A stretch of 59,280 nt of DNA, taken from assembly GCA_027021705.1 (NCBI GenBank), contig JALUTT010000037.1:1-59280 (forward strand), written 5' to 3'. Made by a program: the position numbers and the translations under genes. The notes under the pieces were generated by a model that saw only the letters and a program-made list of their open reading frames with translations, had not been told where the DNA came from and ran no database searches. The DNA comes from Anaerolineae bacterium. Its GTDB lineage: Bacteria > Chloroflexota > Anaerolineae > S140-20. Shown piece after piece: positions 27,633 through 37,346 of this stretch; positions within the stretch are counted from its first letter, which is position 1, and the number at the start of each line of letters is the position of its first letter.

Positions 27633-30600
27633 GGCTCCCGGAGCCAGGGGGGAAGGGGTTGGCCGGTCGCCTCCTGCCAGAGGGGGTCGAACCGCTCCGG
27701 CCCCAACTCCTGCCGCCAGCGGATCAGCACTTCGGCCATCGCCCGTTGGGTTTGGGGCTCGATGCCCAAACGCTGGAGTAGGGCCAGACCGGAGACCAGA
27801 GCGCGGAGCGCATCGGCGTGACGCTCCATCGCCCACAGGGTTTGGCCCATCATCCCTAGGGTGATCGCCATACCCTGTTGGTCCCCCAGGCGCTCCTTGA
27901 TCGCCAGAGACTCCCGGTAGAGGCCCATCGCCCCCTCCAGGTCGCCCCGTTGGGCGAGGATGCCGGCCATCTCGTGGAGGGTGGCGCTCCGGCCCCGTTG
28001 GTCCCCCAGGCGCTCAGCGACCTCCAGCGCCTCCCGGTAGAGGCCCATCGCCCCCTCCAGGTCGCCCCGCACCCGCAGGATGTAGGCCATCTCGTGGAGG
28101 GTGGCGCTCCGGCCCTGTTGGTCCCCCAGGCGCTCGTCAATCTCCAGCGACTCCCGGTAGAAGCGCATCGCCCCCTCCAGGTCGCCCCGATCGGCGAGGA
28201 TGCCGGCCATCGCGTGGAGGGTGGCGCTCCGGCCCCGTTGGTCCCCCAGGCGCTCCAGGGTTTCCAGCGCCTCCCGGTAGAGGCCCATCGCCCCCTCCAG
28301 GTCGCCCCGATCGGCGAGGATGCCGGCCATCTCGTGGAGGGTGGCGCTCCGGCCCCGTTGGTCCCCCAGGCGCTCGACGATTTCCAGCGCCTCCCGGTAG
28401 AGGCCCATCGCCCCCTCCAGGTCGCCCCGTTGGGCGAGGATGCCGGCCATCACGTGGAGGGTGGCGCTCCGGCCCCGTTGGTCCCCCAGGCTCCCGTCAA
28501 TCTCCAGCGCCTCCCGGTAGAGGCCCATCGCCCCCTCCAGGTCGCCGTAGTGGCGCAGCAGCCAGCCCAGGTGGAAGCGAAAGGCCGAGGCCCGCCCCTC
28601 GTCCTCCACCCATCCCACCGCCCGCTCCAGGTCCGGCAGCATCCGCTGCACCACCTGGGCCAGCACCGGCTTCTGCCAGATGGTGCCGTAGGCGTGGGCG
28701 GCCAGGGCGGCGTAGGCCTCGCCAAAGGCGGGGCGCAGGGGGGCCAGCACCGCCTCCCCCGCCTTCGCCTCGGCGTAGGCCCCCAGCGTGGGGTGCAGCC
28801 GGTAGAGCAGCGCCCACCCCGTCGGGTCCACCACCTTCACCCGCTCCACCATCCCCCGGCGCCAGAGCCGGTGCAGCCACTCCCCCACCGCCTCCTCCGC
28901 CTCCCCCAGGACCGCCGCCACCACCTCCGGGGGGAAGGGGGCGGTGAAGAGGGCCAGGCGGGGGAAGCGCTCCTGCAGCTCCCGGGGCAGCGCCTCGTAG
29001 GAGTAGTCGAAGCAGGCCCAGAGGCTCTCGTGGCGGGCCTCCTCGCTCCAGGGGTCCTCCACCGTGGGCAGCCGGGCGGCCAACCCCTTCCGGAAGTCGG
29101 CCAGCGACCGGGGAAAGTCCTCGAAGGCGGCGGCCAGGAGGCGCAGGGCCAGGGGGTGGCCCCCCACCTGCCGGCTCAGCGCCTCCATCTCCGCCCGGTC
29201 CGCCCGCTCCCGGCCCGTCCCGGCGTGCTGGGCGAAGAGGCGGGCCCCCGCCGAGGGGGTGAGGCCGGTCAGGGGCACGACTTCCTCCCTCGGCAGGCCC
29301 ACCACCGCCCGCCCCGTCAGGAGCAGGGTGGTCTTGCCCCCCACGGCCCGGCGCAGCAGGCCGCCGATGGCCCGGGCCCTGGCCCTTTCCTCCTGCTCCT
29401 CGGCGCCCCCCTCCTCCCCCCTCTCCCCCTCCACCGCCCTCACCAGCGTCTCCGCGTTGTCCACCACCAGGAGGAGGCGGCGGGCCCGCAGCGCCTCCTC
29501 CACCCGGTGGCGCCACCGGCGCACCGGCTCCTCCGGGTCGCGGGGGAGCCCCAGGAAGTCGCCCAGGCGGGTCAGGAGCCGCTCCGGGGAGGGGAGCCGC
29601 TCCAGGGAGAGGGTCAGGACGCCGTCGGGGAAGGCCCAGGCGAAGCGGCGGGCCGCCTCCCGCGCCAGGGCGGTCTTGCCCATCCCCCCGCCGCCGTGGA
29701 TGGTGATCGCCGGCGGGCGGGCCTCGCCCGTGAGGAGGTCGCCCAGATCCACCAGCTCCCGCTGCCGTCCGACGAACTCCCCCTCCACGGGGGGGAGGTC
29801 GCTCAGGTCCACCCGCTCCGGCGGGGGCGGGGGCGTCCGCACCCGGGCCTGCCCCTCGGCCAGGGGGAACCGGGCCCGGGGGCGAGAGAGGCCGGTGTAG
29901 AGGACGGGGATGGCCATCAGCAGGGGCTCCTCCTCCAGGGCCATCCGGGCCCGGCGGACCGCCTCCTCGACGGGGTGGCTCCGGGCCAGGTAGGTGTAGA
30001 AGCGGGCGGCGAAGCGGCGGGCGGTGGCGTCGGGAACGGTGAACTGCATCCCCAGGGCGTAGGGGATGCCCTGAGCGACGAGGGCACGGGCCAGGCCGGC
30101 CAGGTCGGTGCGGGCGGGGGCGGCGGTGAGGCAGGCGTTGAGGAAGACCAGGCGGGCCTTGCCCCGCACCCGGCGGACGAAGTGGTCGGCGGGAACGGGG
30201 TGGGAAGCGCCGTTGGGCTGCTCGAAGAGCAGGAAGGCCCCCTCCTCGGTCACGGTGCCGTGGCCGGCGAAGTGGACGATGCCGGTGGCGACGTCGGCCA
30301 GGGCCTCATCCAGGGCGTCCAGGGTGGGGGGGAGGACCTGGACCAGGTCGTAGGGGGCGTCCAGGCCGGCGATGGCCTCCCGCAGCGCCTCCCACTCCTC
30401 CAGGACGGCCAGGGGCCGTTCCTCCGGCTCCCCCTGGAGGGAGAGGAGGGGGGAGGCGGGGAGGAAGAGGATGGGCAGGCGCTCCAGGCGGGCCTCCGAC
30501 CAGGCGGCCCGGCGTCGGTCAGGGGGGAGGCCCCGCAGGAGGTAGAAGTCCAGGGCCAGGAAGCGGGCACCGTCGTGGAGGAGCTCCCAGGGGATGGCGT

Positions 30601-30868
30601 CGAGGACGGGGTGGTCCAGGACGAGGAGGAGGGTGGCCCGGGGGTCGGGGGCGGCGGGGAGGGCGGTCAGCGCCTCGGCGGCGGGGCCGTCGGGGGGGAA
30701 GAGGGCGGCGTAGAGGGCCCGGCCGTAGGCGGCGGGGTCGTCCGGGATCACCCGCCCTCCCTCGGCGGTCGGGGCGATCGCGCCCAGGTCGAAGCGGTGG
30801 GCCGGGGTGCCGTTCACGGCTACCCGGACCTGGTTGACGCCGGTGGGGGTCAGGGTCAGTTCCAGCAT
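27596..30868 (-). CDS. CHAT protease + STAND/NB-ARC-like NTPase + TPR protein
   Basis: IPWELL, HFAGHG, LVFLNAC, GMQF; FVGRQREL, GGGGMGKT, LLVVDNAE, GHPLAL; six 40-aa TPR repeats. Confidence 0.88.
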   Translation of the reverse strand: MLELTLTPTGVNQVRVAVNGTPAHRFDLGAIAPTAEGGRVIPDDPAAYGRALYAALFPPDGPAAEALTALPAAPDPRATLLLVLDHPVLDAIPWELLHDGARFLALDFYLLRGLPPDRRRAAWSEARLERLPILFLPASPLLSLQGEPEERPLAVLEEWEALREAIAGLDAPYDLVQVLPPTLDALDEALADVATGIVHFAGHGTVTEEGAFLLFEQPNGASHPVPADHFVRRVRGKARLVFLNACLTAAPARTDLAGLARALVAQGIPYALGMQFTVPDATARRFAARFYTYLARSHPVEEAVRRARMALEEEPLLMAIPVLYTGLSRPRARFPLAEGQARVRTPPPPPERVDLSDLPPVEGEFVGRQRELVDLGDLLTGEARPPAITIHGGGGMGKTALAREAARRFAWAFPDGVLTLSLERLPSPERLLTRLGDFLGLPRDPEEPVRRWRHRVEEALRARRLLLVVDNAETLVRAVEGERGEEGGAEEQEERARARAIGGLLRRAVGGKTTLLLTGRAVVGLPREEVVPLTGLTPSAGARLFAQHAGTGRERADRAEMEALSRQVGGHPLALRLLAAAFEDFPRSLADFRKGLAARLPTVEDPWSEEARHESLWACFDYSYEALPRELQERFPRLALFTAPFPPEVVAAVLGEAEEAVGEWLHRLWRRGMVERVKVVDPTGWALLYRLHPTLGAYAEAKAGEAVLAPLRPAFGEAYAALAAHAYGTIWQKPVLAQVVQRMLPDLERAVGWVEDEGRASAFRFHLGWLLRHYGDLEGAMGLYREALEIDGSLGDQRGRSATLHVMAGILAQRGDLEGAMGLYREALEIVERLGDQRGRSATLHEMAGILADRGDLEGAMGLYREALETLERLGDQRGRSATLHAMAGILADRGDLEGAMRFYRESLEIDERLGDQQGRSATLHEMAYILRVRGDLEGAMGLYREALEVAERLGDQRGRSATLHEMAGILAQRGDLEGAMGLYRESLAIKERLGDQQGMAITLGMMGQTLWAMERHADALRALVSGLALLQRLGIEPQTQRAMAEVLIRWRQELGPERFDPLWQEATGQPLPPWLREPPGGGRHRGPRH
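27876..28546 (-). repeat. 120-bp intragenic tandem repeats encoding TPR units
   Basis: GTCCCCCAGG recurs at 27881, 28001, 28121, 28241, 28361, 28481. Confidence 0.9.
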
Positions 30869-30892
30869 AAGCGGCTCCTCATCGTGGGGGCA

Positions 30893-31345
30893 TCACAGGC
30901 GGAAGAGCAGCAGGTCGGCCAAGAGCAGGATCAGGAGCAGGGTGCCGGCCCCGAAGGCCCAGGAGGCCCGGTTCAGCCAGCGGGCCTTGGTCCGCTGCAT
31001 CGCCTCCCACCGGTCCTGCATCTGGGTCAGGCTGTGACGGCGGAAGGTGTAGGGCCGGGGGAGGACGGCGGCGAGGGCGCAGCCGAGGGCCGCGCCGTAG
31101 GCGACAACGATGACCAGGCCCAGCCCCCGCACCTCTCCGTAGGCCAGGTAGGCGGGGGCGTCTCCCAGGGAGAGCAGCCCCAGGAAGAGGCCCAGCAGCC
31201 CCGTCACCAGCGTGATGATCTGCCGTGCGCCGGCGTCCAGGACCTCCAGAGAGCGCTTCTCCATCTCGGCGAAGTGGGCGACCAGCGCCTCCTCGTCGGG
31301 GGTCGGGGGTCGGCCCAGGACCTCCAAGGGCTCATCGCTGCCCAT
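30893..31345 (-). CDS. Three-TM membrane protein, Pycsar-effector-like topology
   Basis: Helix-TM-TM-LPR-loop-K..L.RA-TM layout; overlaps the upstream gene. Confidence 0.7.
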   Translation of the reverse strand: MGSDEPLEVLGRPPTPDEEALVAHFAEMEKRSLEVLDAGARQIITLVTGLLGLFLGLLSLGDAPAYLAYGEVRGLGLVIVVAYGAALGCALAAVLPRPYTFRRHSLTQMQDRWEAMQRTKARWLNRASWAFGAGTLLLILLLADLLLFRL

Positions 31346-31526
31346 CGCTCACCTCCGCGAGGGAGAAGGTGATGGGCCGGCCGCACTCCTTGCAGGTGAC
31401 GCGGTAGGTCTCGCTCCGGCCCGCCTCCTCCAAGCGGTAGACGGTCGCCCGGCGGTCCATCTCCTCCAGTGTGTAGGCGTTCCGGTGTCCGCAGTGGGGG
31501 CAGGTGACGAAGACGTGTTTGGCCAT
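31332..31526 (-). CDS. Small zinc-ribbon protein (64 aa)
   Basis: CPHC..CKEC; GAGGAGGAG RBS. Confidence 0.75.
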   Translation of the reverse strand: MAKHVFVTCPHCGHRNAYTLEEMDRRATVYRLEEAGRSETYRVTCKECGRPITFSLAEVSDGQR

Positions 31527-31573
31527 CGGCTCCTCCTCGGCTTCCGGGGATAGGGGAACGATCTCCTGCTACG

Positions 31574-31602
31574 ATTATAGCCCAGAGGGGAGCCCTGCGC
31601 AA
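31574..31602 (-). promoter_or_regulatory. Promoter of the Zn-ribbon/TM/CHAT operon
   Basis: TTGCGC-17 bp-TATAAT abutting the repeat block. Confidence 0.7.
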
Positions 31603-31730
31603 AGGGGGGATGAGGGATGAGGGATGAGGTAACGAGGGCCGAGGGGCAAGGGGCAGGGGGCAGCGGCTTAGCGGCTGGCGGCATAGCGGCTTAGCGACGG
31701 ACTGTGGACCGTGGACTGAGGACCGAGGAC
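31603..31730 (+). repeat. Composite repeat block, left arm
   Basis: GGGATGA, GGGGCAA, GCGGCTTA, GGACTG modules. Confidence 0.8.
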
Positions 31731-31732
31731 TA

Positions 31733-33085
31733 AGTACAGCTTTGCGTAAATGTGTTCCTAGTCTTGACTAGCCGGCCAGATGGGGTATACTTGGGCCAGG
31801 AGGTGAACGATGCCAGGACCTCAGCCCAAGTACCCCATCCAATTGACGCCGGAGGAGGAGAAGGAACTCCGCCAATTGGTCAACTCTCCCAAAGCGCCCC
31901 AGGGCCTGGTGATGAGAGCCCGCATCATCCTGGCGGCGCACGATCATCCCGACCGGAGCAACCAGCAGATTGCCCGAGAAGCGGGCTGCACCGACCGGAC
32001 GGTCCGGAAGTGGCGGCGGCGATGGGTGGAACGGCGCAGCATCGAAGACCTGCCTAGGCCGGGGGCTCCCCGGCGTTTTCCCCCCTGAGGTGCGGGCCCA
32101 GGCCACGGCGCCGGCTTGTAGTATGCCCCAGGAGGAGGGGGTGCCCCTGGGGCGGTGGAGCTACGCCGAGATCGCCCGTCGGCTCGTTGCCTTGGGGTTG
32201 GTCGTTTCCATTGCCGTCAGCACCATCGCCCGCCGGCCGGCCGCCGAGAAGCTGAAGCCGTGGCGCTACCACACCTGGCAGCACATCTTGGACCCCCAGG
32301 CCTTCTTGGAGCGGGCTCGCCCCATCCTGAACCTCTACCAAAAGGCTCAGGCCCTGTGGGAAGAAGGCGTATGGGTGGTCTGTGTGGACGAGAAGACTTC
32401 CATTCAAGCTCGCCAACGGACACCTCCTCCCGAGCCGGCCATTCCGGGGCAACCGGTGCATATCCCCTCCCGTTACCGGCGTCGTGGGGCCTGGCAATTG
32501 TTCGCCGGATTGAGCGTGGTGGATGGGATGGTCTTTGGGCAATGTCGGGAGCGAAAGCGCTTCGTGGACTTCCAAGCCTTCCTGTTGGAGACGCTCTTCC
32601 CGGAGGCCTTGAAGCGGGGGGTTCGCACCCTGGTGCTCATCTTGGACAACAGCACCACCCACGCCCCCAAGCAGTGGGAAGGATGGCTGCAGGAACAACT
32701 CGAGACGGGGCGGTGGCCCTTCACCGTTGAGGTGCGTTGGTTGCCCACCAACGCCTCTTGGCTGAATCAGATCGAAATCCGGTTCAGCATCCTGCAGCGG
32801 AAGGTGTTGCAGCCCAACCATTTCACCGGCTTGGAGGACCTGGAGAAGACCCTTCAGGGTTTCATTGCCCACTACAATGAAACGGCCAAGCCGATTCGAT
32901 GGTCCTACACCGCCGAAAAGCTTGAACAGAAACCGGCGATGAACTGACTCGGTGGTGAATGCTCCCATCGTGCCTTCCGTGGACGCTTGAGGCAGGTCGG
33001 AAGCGTGGCCGGTTTGCTCTGAGCCTGCCTCTCACCGGTCCGCTTACCCATCCTTACTAGGAACGAACTTGTGCAAAGCTGTACT
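31733..33085 (+). mobile_element. IS630 family insertion sequence
   Basis: TIRs AGTACAGCTTTGCGTAAATGTGTTCCTAGT / ACTAGGAACGAACTTGTGCAAAGCTGTACT; TA duplicated at 31731-31732 and 33086-33087. Confidence 0.9.
31810..32947 (+). CDS. IS630 transposase (two ORFs, -1 frameshift)
   Basis: HTH ORF 31810-32088; slippery TTTTCCCCCC at 32076-32085; DDE motifs VDEK, LDNSTTH, SWLNQIE. Confidence 0.85.
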
Positions 33086-33087
33086 TA

Positions 33088-33183
33088 AGTCCTTGGTCCT
33101 CAGTCCTCAGCCCTAGGACCTTGCCCCTTGCCCCCTGCTCCTTGCCCCTTGATCCTCAGTGCCTCGGCCCTTGGTGCCCCCCC
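33088..33183 (-). repeat. Composite repeat block, right arm
   Basis: GTCCTCA and TTGCCCC modules, ending AGTGCCTCGGCCCTTGGTGCCCCCCC. Confidence 0.8.
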
Positions 33184-33205
33184 TGGTCAGCAGACATTGC
33201 CCCCC

Positions 33206-33235
33206 TTGACCAGGTGGCAGAGTGTATGCTATAAT
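33206..33235 (+). promoter_or_regulatory. Sigma70 promoter
   Basis: TTGACC-18 bp-TATAAT with extended -10 TG. Confidence 0.7.
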
Positions 33236-33298
33236 GGGCATAAGCCAGGAGAGACGAGGCCGGCCTGGAGACCGGGCACTCGCGGGAGCCATAAGGCC

Positions 33299-33451
33299 GG
33301 TGATTACCCATATCTTTGGAGATAGGGAGACCAGCCGTCCACGAATGGGGCACGAATACACGAATTAAGGACCGCCTCATTCGCGCATTTGTGAGAAATT
33401 CGTGGACGGCCTGCTATGGACCACTCTCTCGCTCCCTTGTGGGTAATCACC
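33299..33451 (+). mobile_element. MITE-like element family B, copy 2
   Basis: Perfect TIR GGTGATTACCCA / TGGGTAATCACC; matches 9031-9175. Confidence 0.85.
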
Positions 33452-33520
33452 GCAGCCATGAGGGGATTGCGTTGCGGTCGCCTATCCCAGATGGTGCCCC
33501 GAGCGCCCGGTTATCTATTT

Positions 33521-33599
33521 GAGCGTGCCCGAGAGGGGTTGATGTAGGAACAGCCCGCAGGTTGCCTCTCCACCCTGCCAACGAGTTTTGGTCACACCC
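33521..33599. mobile_element. Short remnant with family C-like ends
   Basis: Right end TTTTGGTCACACCC identical to 7623-7636; left end GAGCGTGCCCGAGA degenerate. Confidence 0.4.
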
Positions 33600-33677
33600 C
33601 TCTATTTCGGACACTCTAGGGAGGATTTTACCTCAATTTGCCAGGGGGCGCAAGGCAGAGCGCGGGGTCGTCCAACA

Positions 33678-34886
33678 ATGTTTCAAGCCATACAGAGGCT
33701 GCCACAATGGAAACGGACCCTGTACATTGTGTTTGTTGCCCAGCTCATCTCTGCGATAGGATTTTCCAATATCTTCTCTTTCCTCCCTCTGTACATCCAA
33801 ACCCTGGAGACCAGAACCTCACTTAGCGTAGAATTCCTATCGGGATTGGTCTTCTCCGCGCAGGCTATGACGATGATGATAGCATCGCCTTTCTGGGGCA
33901 TGGTTGCTGACCGCTATGGGCGCAAACTGATGGTGCAGAGGGCGATGTTCGGTGGTGCGGTCATCATCCTGCTTATGGGGTTTGTACAGTCAGCCGAGCA
34001 ATTGATCATCTTGCGAGCAGTTCAGGGCTTGGTAACGGGGTCTATTTCTGCCTCAAGTGCGCTGGTTGCTGCGGAGACTCCCCGTAGGCGGACCGGATAT
34101 GCTATGGGAATGCTACAAGTTGGCTTTTGGGGTGGGCTCGCCACCGGCCCATTGCTGGGTGGAATCGTTGCTGATGCATTTGGCTACCCCAGTGCGTTCA
34201 CAGTCACTTCAATACTACTTGCGGTTGCCGGAGTGTTGGTTGGGGTAGGTGTGAGGGAAGCATTCGCCCCGCCGAAGAGGGCTGGGAGGAGAGGGCCCAA
34301 TCCCTTATCCGGCTGGAAGCGCATCTTGGGTTCCTCAGGTGTGAAGCTCGCTTATGGGCTGCGCTTTTTGAGCAGCTTGGGCAGGATAATGATCGTGCCC
34401 ATTGTACCTTTGTTCATCTCGACCCTCCTACCCCTTGGTGCACAGGTGAACACCTTCACGGGGATCGTCGTGGGGTCGGCCTCAGCAGCGAGCACAGCCA
34501 CTGCGTTTTACACGGGACGACTGGGGGACCAGATCGGGCATCGGCGCATTTTGAAGATCAGCGCATTGGCAGCCGGGCTGTTCTATCTCCCCCAGGGTTT
34601 GGTGACAGAAGCATGGCAGCTATTGGTGCTGCAGGTATTAGCGGGCGCAGCAACTGGAGGTATGATTCCAACGCTTAGTGCTTTGTTGGCTAACTACACA
34701 CGGCCCGGAGATGAAGGGAGTGTCTATGGATTGGACAACTCCATCGTATCCGCTTCCCGGTTTGTGGCTCCACTGGTAGGTGGAGGGATTGCCCATTGGC
34801 TTGGCTATCGCGGTACGTTTGTAGCGATAGGACTTCTATTTTGGTTGATCGTTCTACCGATCGTTTTGCGTCTTCCAGAGAGTTAG
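33678..34886 (+). CDS. MFS drug:H+ antiporter (MdtG-like)
   Basis: WKRTL, SPFWGMVADRYGRKLM, LRAVQG, GPLLGG; about 12 TM. Confidence 0.9.
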   Translation: MFQAIQRLPQWKRTLYIVFVAQLISAIGFSNIFSFLPLYIQTLETRTSLSVEFLSGLVFSAQAMTMMIASPFWGMVADRYGRKLMVQRAMFGGAVIILLMGFVQSAEQLIILRAVQGLVTGSISASSALVAAETPRRRTGYAMGMLQVGFWGGLATGPLLGGIVADAFGYPSAFTVTSILLAVAGVLVGVGVREAFAPPKRAGRRGPNPLSGWKRILGSSGVKLAYGLRFLSSLGRIMIVPIVPLFISTLLPLGAQVNTFTGIVVGSASAASTATAFYTGRLGDQIGHRRILKISALAAGLFYLPQGLVTEAWQLLVLQVLAGAATGGMIPTLSALLANYTRPGDEGSVYGLDNSIVSASRFVAPLVGGGIAHWLGYRGTFVAIGLLFWLIVLPIVLRLPES

Positions 34887-35069
34887 AACAGGGAAGAGGT
34901 GTTCGACCGCCCGTAGGCATCCAAACGGCTCGGAGGCAAGTATGTCCGTGACTGAGTGGAGCGACCACTCAACCGAGGCTCGTCCGTGAGTTATGGCGAT
35001 TGATGGGGAGGCACATCGAGGACGGGACGAGAAACAGCCATGCCCCACAATGGCCGGGAGGGACCCACC

Positions 35070-37346
35070 ATGATCGGTCAGACCCTTGGCAACTACCGGA
35101 TTGTCGAACAGATCGGCCTAGGGGGGATGGCAACCGTCTACAAAGCCTACGATCCCGTCATGGACCGCTACGTCGCCATCAAGGTGCTTCCCCAACAGTT
35201 CTCCGACGACCCTCAGTTCCGCCAGCGATTCCAACGGGAGGCCAGGGCGATTGCCAGGCTGGAGCACCTTCACATCCTGCCCGTCTTTGCCTACGGCGAG
35301 GAAGGCCGTACCGCCTACATAGTGATGCGCTATCTGGAAGCGGGAACGCTCACCGACCGCATCGCCGAGGGGCCGCTCCCCTTTGACGAGGCCAGTCGCA
35401 TCCTCGGCCAACTGGCCGGCGCGCTGGATCACGCCCACGGGCACGGCGTCCTGCACCGGGATGTGAAGCCCAGCAACGTCCTCCTGGACGCGGCGGGCAA
35501 CGTCTACCTGATGGACTTTGGCATCGCCAAGATGGTGGAGGCGACCATTGACCTGACCGGCGAGATGATGCTGGGCACGCCCGCCTACATGAGCCCCGAG
35601 CAGTGCAAGGGGGAGCCGGTCACCGCCGCTTCCGACATCTACTCCCTGGGCATTGTGCTGTACGAGATGGTCACGGGCCGGCGGCCCTTTCACGCCGAAA
35701 CGCCCATCGCCGTCATCCTGCAACAGCTCAACGATCCCCTGCCCCCACCCCGGGAGCTCCGCCCCGATCTGCCGCCCCAGGCGGAGAACGTCATCTTCAA
35801 GGCGTTGGCGAAGGACCCGGAATCCCGCTACCGGTCGGCCGGGGAGCTGGCGGCTGCCTTCGCCCGGGCTGTCGCCGAAGCGGAGGCGGCCGCTCGCCCT
35901 GCCCGCCCCCCAGCACCACCCCCTTCCCAGGCCCCTATGCCGACCCCGGAACCGCCCTCGCCTATGCCGGGAACGGCCACCGTCCCCGCCGCACCGCGTC
36001 CGATGCCTGTATGGGCCTGGGGGGCCATCGGCATGGTGGCAGCGGCCCTCCTCATCAGTCTCGGCCTGCTGCTGGCCAACAGCCGCCTCGGGGGTGGGGA
36101 GGACAAGGCCGTGACGGTGGTGCTGACGGTGGGACCGACGGTGGTGGCCGAAGCCGTGGAGCCAACAGGGACGGCTGTGCCTCCCACCCCCCAACCCACC
36201 TCGCCCCCACCGACGGTGGCGATCAGCAGCCCCGAAGCGCCCCCTGAAAGCCCGCCCGTTGTCCCATCGCCTGGAGGCCTCTTCGCCGACAGCAGCCAGG
36301 AGCTGGCCTTTGGTGCCGGTTACGCCATTGCCCTGGGTGATCTGGATGGCGACGGTGACCTGGACGCCTTCCTGGGCCAGGAGATCTGGTGGAACAACGG
36401 CGGGGTCCAGGGCGGCCGGCCGGGCCGCTTCAGCGATAGCGGCCAGCGCCTCGACCGTCCCAACCGAGTGGCCTTGGGCGATCTGGACGGGGATGGCGAC
36501 CTAGATGCCTTCTTCGGCAACGAGTCCGGCAACCCCAACCAGGTCTGGATCAACCAGGGCGGTGGGTCGTGGGAGTTCCTCAACAGCGGGCAGATGCTGG
36601 GTGACAGCAATACCTGGGCCATCGCCCTGGGCGACCTGGATGGGGACGGTGATCTGGATGCCTACGTCGGCAACTGGGGGGCCGACGAGGTCTGGTGGAA
36701 CGACGGCACGGGCCGGTTTACCGACAGCGGCCAAAGGCTGGGGGAGAGCGAGACCCGGGCGGTGGTCCTAGAGGACCTGGATGAGGACGGCGACCTAGAC
36801 GCCTTCGTCGCCAGCCACGGCCTCTGTCAGGTGTGGCTGAACGGGGGAGATGGCCGGTTCAGCGACAGCGGACAGCCTCTGTGCCCTGCCAATAATGTTT
36901 CCCTGGCCCTGGGCGATCTGGATGGGGATGGCGACCTGGATGCCTTCGTCGGCAACGGCTCGGGCGATCCGGACTGGGTCTGGATCAATCAGGGGGGGAT
37001 GCAGGGGGGCAAACCGGGCACCTTTCAGGATACCGGCCAGCGGCTGGGCAACTGGGGGAGTGAGGCCGTCGCCCTGGGCGATCTGGACGGCGACGGTGAC
37101 CTAGACGTCTTCATCGCCAACTCGCCCGGCCCCAACATCGTCCTGCTCAACGACGGGACCGGTCGGTTCAGCGATGAAGGCTATCGGCTGGGCGGCGCGG
37201 ACAGCACCGGAGTGGCGCTGGGCGACCTGGATGGCGACGGCGACCTGGATGCGCTGGTGGGCAATATGGATGGGGCCGGCCGGATCTGGCTCAATGTCCG
37301 GGAGCGATCTGCAGCACGCCGGCCCCATCAATCCGGCTCCCCTTGA
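35070..37346 (+). CDS. Ser/Thr protein kinase with TM and extracellular FG-GAP/VCBS repeats
   Basis: [33 protein letters not shown]; 7x DLD(G/E)DGDLD. Confidence 0.9.
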   Translation: MIGQTLGNYRIVEQIGLGGMATVYKAYDPVMDRYVAIKVLPQQFSDDPQFRQRFQREARAIARLEHLHILPVFAYGEEGRTAYIVMRYLEAGTLTDRIAEGPLPFDEASRILGQLAGALDHAHGHGVLHRDVKPSNVLLDAAGNVYLMDFGIAKMVEATIDLTGEMMLGTPAYMSPEQCKGEPVTAASDIYSLGIVLYEMVTGRRPFHAETPIAVILQQLNDPLPPPRELRPDLPPQAENVIFKALAKDPESRYRSAGELAAAFARAVAEAEAAARPARPPAPPPSQAPMPTPEPPSPMPGTATVPAAPRPMPVWAWGAIGMVAAALLISLGLLLANSRLGGGEDKAVTVVLTVGPTVVAEAVEPTGTAVPPTPQPTSPPPTVAISSPEAPPESPPVVPSPGGLFADSSQELAFGAGYAIALGDLDGDGDLDAFLGQEIWWNNGGVQGGRPGRFSDSGQRLDRPNRVALGDLDGDGDLDAFFGNESGNPNQVWINQGGGSWEFLNSGQMLGDSNTWAIALGDLDGDGDLDAYVGNWGADEVWWNDGTGRFTDSGQRLGESETRAVVLEDLDEDGDLDAFVASHGLCQVWLNGGDGRFSDSGQPLCPANNVSLALGDLDGDGDLDAFVGNGSGDPDWVWINQGGMQGGKPGTFQDTGQRLGNWGSEAVALGDLDGDGDLDVFIANSPGPNIVLLNDGTGRFSDEGYRLGGADSTGVALGDLDGDGDLDALVGNMDGAGRIWLNVRERSAARRPHQSGSP

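Noticed and set aside
27878..31372. 1164-aa plus-strand ORF with repeats
   Set aside because: Antisense shadow of the CHAT-NTPase-TPR gene, caused by high GC3; no motifs
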